In this document: positions 23,201-31,934 of the stretch, piece by piece
How positions within the stretch are numbered: the stretch's first letter is position 1
Layout of the letters: every line of letters begins with the position of its first letter
Source: a virus
Lineage: Duplodnaviria > Caudoviricetes
IMG/VR virus record: IMGVR_UViG_3300028886_000003
Span: 1-64,000 of that record
Reading direction: 5' to 3' (one strand)
DNA length: 64,000 bases
Program-made: the position numbers and the translations under genes
The notes under the pieces: generated by a model
The model's input: the letters and a program-made list of their open reading frames with translations, nothing else
The model's database searches: none
What the model was told of the DNA's origin: nothing

Positions 23201-25893
23201 ATATTACTGATATTAATGGAAAAAATATTGATTTTGGTACAGTTACATTATATATAGATAATGTAAAAATAACAACAAAAGATGTTCAATTAGGTTATGT
23301 ATCTATTCCATTATCTTTGGATACAGTTAAAGATTATAAATTTTTAGTTGTATACAATGAAAATAATTATTATCAAGAAACACCTTATCCACATACTTTT
23401 AATGTGAAAGATATTAAAATTAATGATATTTGGTTAGAATCATCAACAAGTATACCTAATACTACATTTGAAACTAAAGTATACTTTGATACTCCAAATA
23501 AGGTTAATGTTTCTGATGGTTTCATTGATATTAAAATAGATGATATAAAAGTTGGTAATTTTGCTATAGTAGAAGAAGAAGACAAATATGTACAATTTAA
23601 TGTACCTGATTTAAGTGCAGATGAAGAACATATTTTAACTATTGATTATTGTGGATCTGAAATTTTCAAAAATGATCAATTTATTTCAAGCTTTACAATT
23701 ATAAAACAAGATATTCATATGTCTGTGCCATCATTAGATGTGGATGAAGATGGTAATCCATTATTAACAGTTTCTTTAAATGATACTATTGATTTTACAA
23801 CAAAAATAGAAGAAACATTAGATGGTGTATTAAAATATTCATTAGTTGTAGATGAAGATGGTAATGAGTATGAACGTCCAATTGGAATAAATCAAATAAA
23901 TAAAGAGCATGATATTGACTTCTCTTATCAATTGCCACCGAGTTTAAATCAAATAACAAATGCTGATTGTAAAATTGTTGTTTATTTCATTGAGAATGAG
24001 CAATATAATGGTCAAACTTTGGAAATTTCTTTAATTATTGAAAAAGGAGAAGTTGATTTAAGTATTGATATTCCTAATAAAGTAGAATACCAATCATCTA
24101 TACGCATATTAGCAGATACTATAATGAATAATTCTACTTTAGTAAAATTTTATTTAGATGATAAAAAAATTGGTGAGTCTGAAACAAAGAATAGAAATGA
24201 TCAAAATTTAATTGAAATTAATTATATGTTAGATTCAAGTATTAAACCTGATACAGAGCATACAATTAAAGCAGTTATTGAAGAATCAATAAGTTATACA
24301 GGAAAAGAAATTGAAAAAACTTTTAATATAACAAAATCAATCCCTATATTAGATGTAGGAAGCATTAATGCTTTTGTAGGAGAAAAAATTGTATTACCTA
24401 CAAATTTAACTAATAAAAAAGGATATGATATTAACGATGGTACATTAACTTTCCATATAGATGAGCAAGAAATTATATGTGCACCACAAGAAGATATTAC
24501 CTACCAATTAAGTAATAAATATGTTAAAGAAAAAAATATAACTGTTTCATACGAACCTACAGAAGATAGTAATTATGAAAGCATAGAGCAAACAATAACA
24601 ATATTCTTGAAAAAGAATAACTTAAACATACAAATTAGTAATCTTGATCCAATTACTAGAGGACAACCAATTAATAAAGATATTATAATTTCATCACCAA
24701 CACATGAAGATGTTTCTAGTGTGTCATATGAGGTTTATTTGGAAAATCAACTTATAAATGATATAACAAAATATATAGTCCCAATTTCATTACCTACTCA
24801 AGAATATTATACATTAACTGTTAAAATTAATGATAATGATATGTTTGAGGCAGAACCACAAGATTTTGACTTAATAAATAAAAATGTATCAAGCATTGAT
24901 GTAGATAATAAAATTAGCTTAGAAAAAGCAATGGAATTAATAGCAGATAGAGGTACAATAAATATTAAAACTGATATTGAAAAAGTATCTATAACAAATA
25001 ATAAACATATTACTATCATTGGAAATAATCATACATTTACAAATTGTAATATAGAAAATTATAATTTCTTAGATATTAGTAATGCAACATTTAAAGATTC
25101 TAAAAAAAGTGTAATTTATAATAATGCAGAACTTATCGTACAAAAATGTACATTTAAGAGCAATAGTGCACAATATGGTGCAGCTATATATATAGATAAT
25201 AAAAATATTAATACAAAGATTAGTGAGTGTACTTTTAATCAAAATAGCGCTTCAATATATGGTGGTGCAATCTTTTCAAAAACAGGAAATGACGTCACTA
25301 TTGAAAAATCTGTATTCGCTAATCAAAATTGTGCAGGATATCAAGGTTCATCTATATCAGTTAAAGGATATATGTATCTTTCTCAAAATATGTTCTATAA
25401 CAACAATAAAAATGGAGCAGATAATGATGAAAATAGAGCAGAAATTCAAGTTATTAGTGGAGAGGTTACTGCAGAAAATAATTACTTTGATGGAAGTAAA
25501 CAATCTATTATAAAAGTTAGTGGAAAAATTAATTGTGATTTAAATTATTGGGGATACAATGATATTAATGATATTGAAGAACATAATCCTAATATTGAAA
25601 TTAACTCATGGTTAATTAGTAGATATGAAATAGATTATACTGAAGAACAATTAGGTAATATACGTCAAAAAATAACAACAAAAATTGATCAATATAAAAA
25701 TAGATTAGAAAATGAAAACTCATTATATAAAGATGTTATTGGTAATGTTCCAATTACAATAACTGAAGATGGAAATGATGACGAAATTGAAGATGAAAAT
25801 GATAAACAACCAACATTAAATGAAACAATTGATAAACCAAATAAACATCTTCAAATTATTATAGGACAAGAAATTTTTAATATTGGAGGCTAA
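14287..25893 (+). CDS. Giant (3868 aa) baseplate-anchored adhesin: wedge-like N-terminus, many Ig-like repeats and three beta-helix modules
   Basis: Has the gpI-like motif 'IDEWGKYFGLKRR' and repeated 'G.V.FYID...G.A...G.H...A.Y.G' Ig units. Also has DUF1565-like 'DGDGTFGNPFDSIRKAI', 'GGAI' repeats and 'NWWGSN/CWFGTN/NYWGYN' motifs as in Methanobrevibacter adhesin-like proteins. Confidence 0.75.
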   Translation: MKYSEIIDNIDFHKNMQETNWLKLFPKWWSENDPLLKIIGDEIELMKAQAIFELLNTVLKPPVMIWQESIDHKEYKESFSIVDEKNESIKLPGPQYKTYGKIKIKNNTIDDISDLKIYLNETDYIVILDTITTDDEILINVGNSEKVYINNEEANIKKYGKGLSYFSTVANLKKIDPTVTKTNKDGHTVIFEIDMPDDYVGHLKITDDQKVVVFDEDITNEDGTLSIQVNDLKYINRNFILKFTNSNEYLDTIYNVKDKTSIVNTDNLKPLHNEAIMVSIDCDKKVNFDIDVILDNVVFINEQNIEVHGLELIPIDRIEMFALYDFPYNQRVSGWFKVYEKEYDENTSVVYDMITTHFYTKKFYVEVYFKGLDLPYKVGFPAYKDAEKQSMYHINEHIDEWGKYFGLKRRDYKTSIPDKDYPFTYPKFYPFDIEQDYWYYQRLINEYAWNDLAINEVDLIDTEGNPMVRLHSIDPFVQDFVVYANSRYPKERENIDYSLFNVTNVDYKHLEAEYKRAGFADLQNLLHYDDNKAYVILGNKKGLHISSEAYKSKPLKTNFDLTYLPEDIDIEDIVVLVEGEATDNNVDKFSNEETGIIIHGIDEDKVFKMNPSDIYGMEEKTIEYHLSDSIKDIKKSIHQYDANIVHKAIIKPFTAKQGTYVNIPFVLKENGEIVDDITEVYVTYDGIKTYQAEYYSDENGRYIRVWLPISTINYTTMSISCKSNKYNSFSIGNIAIENVVQEEEISGDIKNVHYISAPIIDGKQKTLYSEDEWHTGDLRNILQKDSISFVNTIENSNETNTPTIFIKNVQLKIKHKEKKSSFKLQTRINTQNIQAPNIGQLLVTITNTGTTQLLTKIDIVNANNIKLSQNYIDVDLNVGQSDTIAINIIPEYPILDGRYEILTICEDKTCNNSILLSSSGLIQTGVKIDPIYSVYGAPINLVASVVSNDTKINEGKVSFYIDNFKITDCDVIDGKAQKIDNSKIITPGIHVIEARYSGSPRFASSRIASSLIITKNKTEIALDCDPTPVYNKEYSIQARVTSNDSPIKEGAVSFYIDDEFIGKKEVINGKSNFVIQNLQYSPREHTLKAIYEGTYNYAKEETSQIINIIGGETKVTVFKINAKPKDEIILKAFISNVFDIPISTGIVNFSIMEGNNVFKAFDSIPVKKGFAEVPYQIPNNILENYDINEERTFTIVANYVDNDKEIYQSSTNENLLVVKRGDVIIDCNNIFFGSQHEPLGFLIQIKDESTLEPINKGLVKVSIPSLSIESESVEIDNDGYARIICNPLHFTSDEFEQLLNFYFKEGTLLPHSDENNNSINIYTSPNEELESINDENLYRIYDGKIEDLDLMDFDIDANNHLIYRITNKDGTEEDMEQIFIGEDKRLYARTTFDARDIRQYQEGLFSVNINYTPDESYNEKNKNNTIQLRRSVVNIDVHSHKIKYNDKEKNIICYVSEYNLDSEQGNNINDGQVVFFIDNKKIKTSDIVDGKAILSPNDLYSVQHGNHLLTAEYIGNNVPHTYTYAFIDVEPITSVITYNFDKQFKGEKSKLTVTIGIEKSQIPITGDIDLFLDDKLIASQKLLGLEDIQGNISNDVYNEKHMSISSVDFIIDMPNDIDINRHTLVIKYSGDKHILPQSETLVLHEEPIDIHIKNIYDVYVAQNNTCNIIYELCSKSNNFINEGKLVLANSITQEIKAKGYVKNNKVKLSFYVNELPDTYIYSLKYINSTHYKMKEEAQNIIVQEPKNDVYVMQNAENNVFHVNTIEDALQCISDNGNIHIVDYANIGEDLIINKNVNIIGHNNSELRKDIDDLLSDSNSAIKKYSFSDFNETIYEIVGLTKEHLNKTDFYIDGVDIFFVNDQKLIPIFLLNDDKFYSYEQLLISDILSNVSLTLNGNINIENVHIYSNDFNNANDLIIINNGQLNIDKAIIDTNVSINNQGNLNIHNSALYCNIVGSKKYDLDNNWWGSNHTPKYEINNQIKLDIWTEEEPPVIGEDIQIYAGLVSNDGMPHHLPNLEYNFNANSGDFSSATGFLIGNIARTTYYDGTEEGKVYCTVDQETVSLDIFNYNRKTEIILEPATDIPIGYQIPFHARVQSVADTYYLFDDNLNVMPKENDVNGYMNFYLNDKKIGHVPVKNGFAELPVFLSSKKYRPSTILTLKAEYISDDYYFNSTASKDITLINDQNTCFVSPSSNEDGDGTFGNPFDSIRKAILSNNTTIYLKDGTYLDNNIEINSDVTIKSYNNNCIFENNEQPIFIYKDGILSIEKLTFQNNNNFVISSNIIDTDNNKIINIKQCIFTDHQSNAIIDNKQKTNITYSAIIIKNDTKIFNQVYEGSTLKKCWFGTNTPNDDLNEDIELNNYIVMDFDSSLVKNIDDENQSYVYIGAVTLLKATLLHYYNGEYYLLPTDGVPLPLRIAQFYTTHGTLMPTYDYTYSHKAVAFLNTNTSNNADKIILTTPENQNYLNQPVTLKCYVNDAQGNNIQKGSVRFKFTYNDEDIVLKGSINNGVAKVTHPTPILKGEYTLECSYDKYTHISTFKVSQPQIIVSNFNIQDGDHLYNLHFDLEAKDSLNYDVDQVVSIYIDDVFVKKDKIIKGKLSANLIYDFLSLGKHKLTISTKNISSDYDTFVKIEYFTVNKKDTYIDFPYIGASLGEPINLIVKVYDNNQRPVKNGYISVFYDDEIVYTDNNYRYNLNGRISSIPVVNGIATLYNFNTQEKGQHSLVIHYYGTNTSYNDCIFINNIFNVGLEEVVIESDELTEQLNVDIGKEMKLHFPIKDKYGNSIKRGVVKILLDNSIPMNQVPLSVKDGYVDFVGTLPNNTKAMMHDISITYCDPLNKYSTTTYQTKLNVKKIKTQIIIDTINTPPNTQTNIAYKIESIYGIVNTGVLEAYYNDSLIDSADVSDSANEITLNIPLLSAENMYKIIFKYVSKTQSSYESSEAEVNMTISKIPVTIEPITTEYYPKKDFEYGVHITDINGKNIDFGTVTLYIDNVKITTKDVQLGYVSIPLSLDTVKDYKFLVVYNENNYYQETPYPHTFNVKDIKINDIWLESSTSIPNTTFETKVYFDTPNKVNVSDGFIDIKIDDIKVGNFAIVEEEDKYVQFNVPDLSADEEHILTIDYCGSEIFKNDQFISSFTIIKQDIHMSVPSLDVDEDGNPLLTVSLNDTIDFTTKIEETLDGVLKYSLVVDEDGNEYERPIGINQINKEHDIDFSYQLPPSLNQITNADCKIVVYFIENEQYNGQTLEISLIIEKGEVDLSIDIPNKVEYQSSIRILADTIMNNSTLVKFYLDDKKIGESETKNRNDQNLIEINYMLDSSIKPDTEHTIKAVIEESISYTGKEIEKTFNITKSIPILDVGSINAFVGEKIVLPTNLTNKKGYDINDGTLTFHIDEQEIICAPQEDITYQLSNKYVKEKNITVSYEPTEDSNYESIEQTITIFLKKNNLNIQISNLDPITRGQPINKDIIISSPTHEDVSSVSYEVYLENQLINDITKYIVPISLPTQEYYTLTVKINDNDMFEAEPQDFDLINKNVSSIDVDNKISLEKAMELIADRGTINIKTDIEKVSITNNKHITIIGNNHTFTNCNIENYNFLDISNATFKDSKKSVIYNNAELIVQKCTFKSNSAQYGAAIYIDNKNINTKISECTFNQNSASIYGGAIFSKTGNDVTIEKSVFANQNCAGYQGSSISVKGYMYLSQNMFYNNNKNGADNDENRAEIQVISGEVTAENNYFDGSKQSIIKVSGKINCDLNYWGYNDINDIEEHNPNIEINSWLISRYEIDYTEEQLGNIRQKITTKIDQYKNRLENENSLYKDVIGNVPITITEDGNDDEIEDENDKQPTLNETIDKPNKHLQIIIGQEIFNIGG

Positions 25894-25895
25894 AA

Positions 25896-27188
25896 ATGGA
25901 TAATAAATTAAAATATGTTGATAATAATGTAGCAGCTACAATTGATAATGAAACTCAACATATAAATGTTTATGAAATTATTAAATTTAAAACATACTTT
26001 ACTTTAAATAATAATATTAACACAATATTAGAAAAACCTATTGATATTAATTTATATTTAAAATATATAAATGGAAATAATAAATCTGAACTTATACCAA
26101 AAGGGTATGTTGATATTATAATAACAGATATTTCTAATAAAAATATATTATTAAAAACAACAGTTAATTTTAATAATGGAAAAATAGAAACACAAATAAA
26201 AAATAATCTACCAATAGGAACATATATATTAACAATAAAATATCCTGGTAACAAATATTATGAAGAAAAAACAATTAGCTTTCAATTTTTAATTAGTCAT
26301 AAAACTGCAAAATGTATATTTGAAAAAGATTTTTATGAAGAATATCCAAATAAGATTTTTAACATAAATATGAGGTTATTAGATGTCTATACAAACAAAA
26401 AAATTAGTAATTGTACTATTAATTACTCTTTTAATAATTTTGATTATATTACAAAAACAGATGAAAATGGGTTTGCTAACTTAATAATTAACACACCTGA
26501 CATAGATCCAAGTAAATGTACAAGTAATTTTAAATATCCATTAAAAGTATATATAGACGATCCATCATATAGATTGTCATCTGAAACAAGTATTGATGTA
26601 TATATAAAAAAATATAAAACAAGTATAATTTATACTTCATCAATTGATAATGATATAATAAAAATTATAGGTGATATATATGGATATGATGATGATGAAA
26701 AAATTGTTAATGTAGAATATGGAACTGTAGATTTTGATATTTTAAATATTAATAAACAAATTAGCACAGATGTAGATACAAATGGACATTTTAATCTTGA
26801 TATTCCAATTGATTTAACAGAAAATGCCAATATAGAACCACAAGAATTAGAAAATTATTCAGTACCTCAAACAACAAAAATAGAAGTTGATTTGCCAAAT
26901 GGTACAACAATGACACGTAATTATGTAAAAAAGAATAGAATAAAAATTGTAGCAAATGTTACATCAAAAGATAAGCCAGTTCCTTATGGTATGGTTAGTT
27001 TTATTATTAGTCAAGAAAATAAAGAAATTTACAGATATGTTAGTGAATTGGATATGGAGGGAACATGTGTTTTTCATTTTGATGTATCTACTGTAGGTTC
27101 ATATCAAGTTAAAGCAGAATATCATAGTATTTTTGAATATCAACCATCGATAAGTGAAACTAAAAAATATACAATAGAGGATGAATAA
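25896..27188 (+). CDS. Ig-like repeat adhesin/fibre protein
   Basis: Ig-like motifs 'LPIGTYILTIKYPGNKYY', 'TKTDENGFA' and 'VGSYQVKAEY'. Confidence 0.65.
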   Translation: MDNKLKYVDNNVAATIDNETQHINVYEIIKFKTYFTLNNNINTILEKPIDINLYLKYINGNNKSELIPKGYVDIIITDISNKNILLKTTVNFNNGKIETQIKNNLPIGTYILTIKYPGNKYYEEKTISFQFLISHKTAKCIFEKDFYEEYPNKIFNINMRLLDVYTNKKISNCTINYSFNNFDYITKTDENGFANLIINTPDIDPSKCTSNFKYPLKVYIDDPSYRLSSETSIDVYIKKYKTSIIYTSSIDNDIIKIIGDIYGYDDDEKIVNVEYGTVDFDILNINKQISTDVDTNGHFNLDIPIDLTENANIEPQELENYSVPQTTKIEVDLPNGTTMTRNYVKKNRIKIVANVTSKDKPVPYGMVSFIISQENKEIYRYVSELDMEGTCVFHFDVSTVGSYQVKAEYHSIFEYQPSISETKKYTIEDE

Positions 27189-27189
27189 A

Positions 27190-27756
27190 ATGGCATGGAT
27201 AAAAGATTTAGGTAAAGTAAAAGGTGAAAATGGAGATATATATACACCTAATATTGAAACTAATAAAAATAAAGCAACAATTAAATGGAATAAGAAACTT
27301 GATGCTGATAGTAGCTCTTTATTAGAACAAAGCTTTATAATTCCTGTTTATGTTCCTACATATGATGAAGCAGAAGGAAAATTAATTTTTGAGCTAAATA
27401 CATCAGGAATTCTTGATGTTGATACTTATACTTTGCCATTACTAAAAGTACAAAAAACTATTAATAATGGATTTGAATTAAGATCATTTACAGGCGATCC
27501 TAATAATATTGAGAACAAAGAGCCAGGTGTATTTTATATTGAAGATACTGATAATGATAATTATAGAGTATATATATATGATACAAGTAAAAAGAAAATG
27601 GTTGCAATAGAAGGTCTTGCTTTTGATGATTTCGATAATTATTACACTAAAGACCAAATAGATGAAAAAATTGGAAGTATAGCAGAACAGCAAGAATATA
27701 TTAGTGAAATGCTTGGTATTCCTTATGTTGAGGAAGTACCTACAAATAATGGTTAG
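27190..27756 (+). CDS. Putative tail fibre connector protein
   Basis: Fibre-type motifs 'DLGKVKGENG' and 'NYYTKDQID'. The start is at 27190 or 27181. Confidence 0.45.
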   Translation: MAWIKDLGKVKGENGDIYTPNIETNKNKATIKWNKKLDADSSSLLEQSFIIPVYVPTYDEAEGKLIFELNTSGILDVDTYTLPLLKVQKTINNGFELRSFTGDPNNIENKEPGVFYIEDTDNDNYRVYIYDTSKKKMVAIEGLAFDDFDNYYTKDQIDEKIGSIAEQQEYISEMLGIPYVEEVPTNNG

Positions 27757-27767
27757 AGGTTTTTTAA

Positions 27768-30700
27768 GTGTTTGATAAGGCTATAGAAAGATATGCATAT
27801 ATTAAAGAATCTATTGAAGAATTAACTTCTTTGTTACAATATCAGTTAGAAAAAGCAAATGTAGATTTTGATGATGATGCTATTTTTTCAGACTTAATTA
27901 AAGAAATAAAAAATATAAATGCTATATATAAAAAAGAAGAAACACCAATCGAGCCAATATATAATGAATATGAACTTTATAGTAAATACGATTCTATTAC
28001 AAAATTTAATATTATACTATTAAAAAGAATAAAATATCTTCAAGAGTATTTAAAATTTTATTTAGACAATATGGGTGTAGATGAAAACTATATTCAAGAA
28101 GCAACAACATTAAAAGACTTAATACTTCTTATTGATAAAATAGAAAAAGTAGAAAATACTCATATTATTTATAATGTAAATACAGATTCAGGGCCAGTAG
28201 AATCAAATGTTATTAATTTAACAGTTGATATAAATAATACACTTGATATAAAAGTTATTACTGATGAATTAAGTGAAGTATCAACTGGTAATATAGACGT
28301 ATACTATGAAAATATACTTATAAATAGTTTTAATATTGGAGATGAAATAATTATAAAACCTCTTGAGGTTCAAGATAATATAGAATACACTTTTAAATTT
28401 AATGATAGCACTGGCAGATATAACCCATCTGAAAAAACATTTACTGTTAATATCTTGCCCCCACATTTAGAAGGACAAATAGAATTAACAAATACAACAA
28501 ACTATAGCCAATATTATGAAAGCCATTATGAAGGATATACAACAGATTTATGGGATATAAGAGTAAATATTAAAAATACAAGTGGACAAAGCGCTAACAT
28601 AGAAATTCCTTTTAAAATATGCCTACATGATGAAAGCCATACAATAATAGAAGGAAACACAAATGTCGCAGGAGAAGCTATATTTCATAATGTTTCTATA
28701 CCAAATCCAAGTTCAGATTTTATTTCAAATGAAGATACAAATGAGGAGGGCAATATAAATTATAATATATCAATATTTTTAGAAACTACATTATTAGATA
28801 CAAGTCAATATATTAATATTAAAGAATATTCTACCGTTAAAATATATAATTCTCCTGTGCAAATACCTAATGATTATGAATATTATGCAACCGACCCTAA
28901 TATGCCAACGTTTATTGTTTTGGAATTACATGATGAATATACAAATGAATTAATAGATGATTCTTCATATTATGTTATGCTGGGAGATAGAAAAATTACA
29001 AATATTAATGATCCTGTTGAATATAATTTTAATAATTTACATGTAGGAGAAGAAACTATAATTTTTGATGTTTATTATAATGAGCAAAAAATAACTGAAG
29101 CAAGGAAAAATATTATAATAAAATCTAATTTTGATATACCTGTTCAACAAAGATATTATTTGCCTAATACTCCAAATATATATTATAAACCTTATGGTGA
29201 AGCTAAAAAAAGTAATGATGGTGTTATAGTAAATGATGAAGAGGTAGCAACAAATGAATATGGATTAATCACTAATATTAAAAATATAAAAGATGCTGGA
29301 ACACACGAATTAAATATGCAGGCAAATACAAATGGATTAACAGAAATAGTATCTTATTCATATCAATTATATGAACCTTTTACAATAAATCAAATAGCAT
29401 ATGATTCTAAAAAGGTTATTATATATAGAATTATAATAAATACAGAAGATGGTGGTTTAAGTAATAAAAATATAGAAGATTTTGTAACAATAAAAAACCA
29501 TAATAAAGATATACCACTTACCGACCCTAATGTTTTTATTGATGTTGAATTACATAGTGATTATATACTAAGAGCAATTATTTTGATTGTAACAAATGAA
29601 ATAACTCATGGTAATAATACATTAATAGTAAATTTCAATGGATATGAAGAAAGAGATGATTTTACTTTATCTTATTATAGTGATGTATTTACTCTTTTAA
29701 CAACAGAAATTAATGCTGGATATAATAAAACAATAGAAATAGAATGTGTTGACCCAGATATTGAAGATATTACAATCGAGGGAAATGGTATTACTTTTAA
29801 TAATTGTATAAAAAATAATAATGTATTTACACTTAATTGTGATTTTTTAGTTACTGGAGATATTAATATTAACATTATAAGTGATGAAGGACGAGAATCG
29901 GACACTATTAAAGTATTAAAAAACGATATAAATGCAAGAATAGATATCGAAGGAACTCATACTGAAGATAACGAATGTGATATAAGTAATGTTTATAATG
30001 GTAATACTAATTTAGTTTTTGAGAGTATTGATTCAATACCAGTTATATTAAATAATGGGGAAGCTTCATCTTCTTATGAAAATTTTATTGGTATAACAAA
30101 TATGAATATGCCTAATAAACCTGGCATATATACCGCAACCTTTACTTTTAATGGTAATGATTTATATAATTCTTCTTTTAAAACATTATTATATAAAGTT
30201 TTACCTAATAATAATACTTCTTTAAATTTAACCACAGACTCTTATTTAATTGATGATATAAGTTCATCTGCTACTCTTACAGCAACATATATGCAAGAAG
30301 ATTGTAATTATCCTATTGCTAATGCTCAAATAATATTAAAAAAGAATGGGAAATTTTATGCAGAAGGAACAACTGGTACAAATGGTAAAGTATCTTTTAC
30401 TGTAACAGATCCTAATGAATATATTGCTGAAGCTGTAAGTGAAGATACTACAATGTATACATCAAACTCCATACAAATACAAGGTATAGTAGAGGAAAAT
30501 GAAGATCATATTATTAGTGATATAGAATTATCATATGAAAGCTCAGAGTTAATTGCTACAGTATATGACCAATATAGAAATAAAGTAAAAAATAAAACAG
30601 TTAATTTTTATAAAATATTAGAGGATACAGAGTTTGAAATAACTGATTATTCTCAAAGCATAATATATAGTGAGAGAGCATATATTAATGGAAAATTATC

Positions 30701-31199
30701 AAGTAATGGAAGTGGATTAGCAAACAAAACAATTAAAATTAAATATAACAATCAAACAGATATTGTTACTACAAATACAGATGGTACTTTCACATATGCT
30801 AACCAAGCATTACCAAGCGGTAATATTACACTTACTCTTGTCTTTGAAGGCGATACTATATATGACGAAGCTACAATACAAAGAACAATTGCAATTAGTA
30901 AAATACCAACAAGTATATCTTTTAATACTGATGGAGGTAGCTCCTATACTCAAGTTACTGGATTTTTAAAAGATGATTATAATAATGTTTTCTTAGCAGA
31001 TAAGGAAGTAGTAATAAGAGTATTTATAGCTACAAATACAGCTCAATCTTATACAACTACAACAAGTAATAGTATTGATGAATTAGGAAAATATTTATTC
31101 CATTTTCAACAACCAATTACATCAGTTCGTAGATTTATAGTATACTTTGCTTCTGATGATATTTATGATGCCGCAACTTATGATACTGGATATTTATAA
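27768..31199 (+). CDS. Ig-like repeat adhesin/fibre protein (1143 aa) with a helical N-terminal anchor
   Basis: GTG start after an AGAGG RBS. The helical N-terminus is duplicated ('..L.DLI..I..I'), followed by Big_1-like units 'GTTGTNGKVSF' and 'TTNTDGTF'. Confidence 0.65.
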   Translation: MFDKAIERYAYIKESIEELTSLLQYQLEKANVDFDDDAIFSDLIKEIKNINAIYKKEETPIEPIYNEYELYSKYDSITKFNIILLKRIKYLQEYLKFYLDNMGVDENYIQEATTLKDLILLIDKIEKVENTHIIYNVNTDSGPVESNVINLTVDINNTLDIKVITDELSEVSTGNIDVYYENILINSFNIGDEIIIKPLEVQDNIEYTFKFNDSTGRYNPSEKTFTVNILPPHLEGQIELTNTTNYSQYYESHYEGYTTDLWDIRVNIKNTSGQSANIEIPFKICLHDESHTIIEGNTNVAGEAIFHNVSIPNPSSDFISNEDTNEEGNINYNISIFLETTLLDTSQYINIKEYSTVKIYNSPVQIPNDYEYYATDPNMPTFIVLELHDEYTNELIDDSSYYVMLGDRKITNINDPVEYNFNNLHVGEETIIFDVYYNEQKITEARKNIIIKSNFDIPVQQRYYLPNTPNIYYKPYGEAKKSNDGVIVNDEEVATNEYGLITNIKNIKDAGTHELNMQANTNGLTEIVSYSYQLYEPFTINQIAYDSKKVIIYRIIINTEDGGLSNKNIEDFVTIKNHNKDIPLTDPNVFIDVELHSDYILRAIILIVTNEITHGNNTLIVNFNGYEERDDFTLSYYSDVFTLLTTEINAGYNKTIEIECVDPDIEDITIEGNGITFNNCIKNNNVFTLNCDFLVTGDININIISDEGRESDTIKVLKNDINARIDIEGTHTEDNECDISNVYNGNTNLVFESIDSIPVILNNGEASSSYENFIGITNMNMPNKPGIYTATFTFNGNDLYNSSFKTLLYKVLPNNNTSLNLTTDSYLIDDISSSATLTATYMQEDCNYPIANAQIILKKNGKFYAEGTTGTNGKVSFTVTDPNEYIAEAVSEDTTMYTSNSIQIQGIVEENEDHIISDIELSYESSELIATVYDQYRNKVKNKTVNFYKILEDTEFEITDYSQSIIYSERAYINGKLSSNGSGLANKTIKIKYNNQTDIVTTNTDGTFTYANQALPSGNITLTLVFEGDTIYDEATIQRTIAISKIPTSISFNTDGGSSYTQVTGFLKDDYNNVFLADKEVVIRVFIATNTAQSYTTTTSNSIDELGKYLFHFQQPITSVRRFIVYFASDDIYDAATYDTGYL

Positions 31200-31236
31200 C
31201 TATTAGATTCTAAATTTTATTTCAATAGTGATTATA

Positions 31237-31923
31237 ATGATTTTAGAATTTTCAGTTGGTCATGACATATTAAAACGAAATAGTTCTCCTAGTGTTGTAG
31301 ATCAAAATACTGGTTATTATAAATGTAAATTTTTCCCCAAAAAAGAACTTTGGTCAGGGAGAGAATTAAACGCAACTTTTATTAATGATCTTGGATATAT
31401 TGAAACGGTAAAACTTGGAGAATATGCTGAGTTATTAACTTGTTTAGTGCCAACAAGGATAGCTTCAGGTGGATATTTTCGTTTATATATATTCTCTGAA
31501 GATCATATTAAAACTAATACAATTTCAGTTGCATTAACTAATCACTATCAAAAAGCTGAAGAAAAATGTAATGTTATTTCTGAGATTTTTGCTCAAGTAA
31601 ATGAAAAAATTGACGATATTGTATATGAAAATTATCAATTAAAATTTTATAGCGATGGTACGTTAAAAGATGTTATTTACTTAGGCAATATTGATGAAGA
31701 TTTAGTTATAAATCTTGTTAAAGAAGAAATAGATACATTTAGAAGTACATTGGCTACTGTAGCTTTTACAGGATCATATAATGATTTAGTTGATGTACCT
31801 GAAAGTTTTCCTCCATCTAAACATAGTCATATGACAGATGATGTTGAAGATTTTGAGGAAGCAGACCAAAATAATTTAGATAAACTTTTATCTACGTTAA
31901 AAAATGAATTAGATTTAATTTAA
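31237..31923 (+). CDS. BppU-like / fibre-attachment protein
   Basis: Beta-rich N-terminus plus the fibre motif 'ATVAFTGSYNDL..VP' and an HSH motif. Confidence 0.5.
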   Translation: MILEFSVGHDILKRNSSPSVVDQNTGYYKCKFFPKKELWSGRELNATFINDLGYIETVKLGEYAELLTCLVPTRIASGGYFRLYIFSEDHIKTNTISVALTNHYQKAEEKCNVISEIFAQVNEKIDDIVYENYQLKFYSDGTLKDVIYLGNIDEDLVINLVKEEIDTFRSTLATVAFTGSYNDLVDVPESFPPSKHSHMTDDVEDFEEADQNNLDKLLSTLKNELDLI

Positions 31924-31934
31924 AGGATGATATT

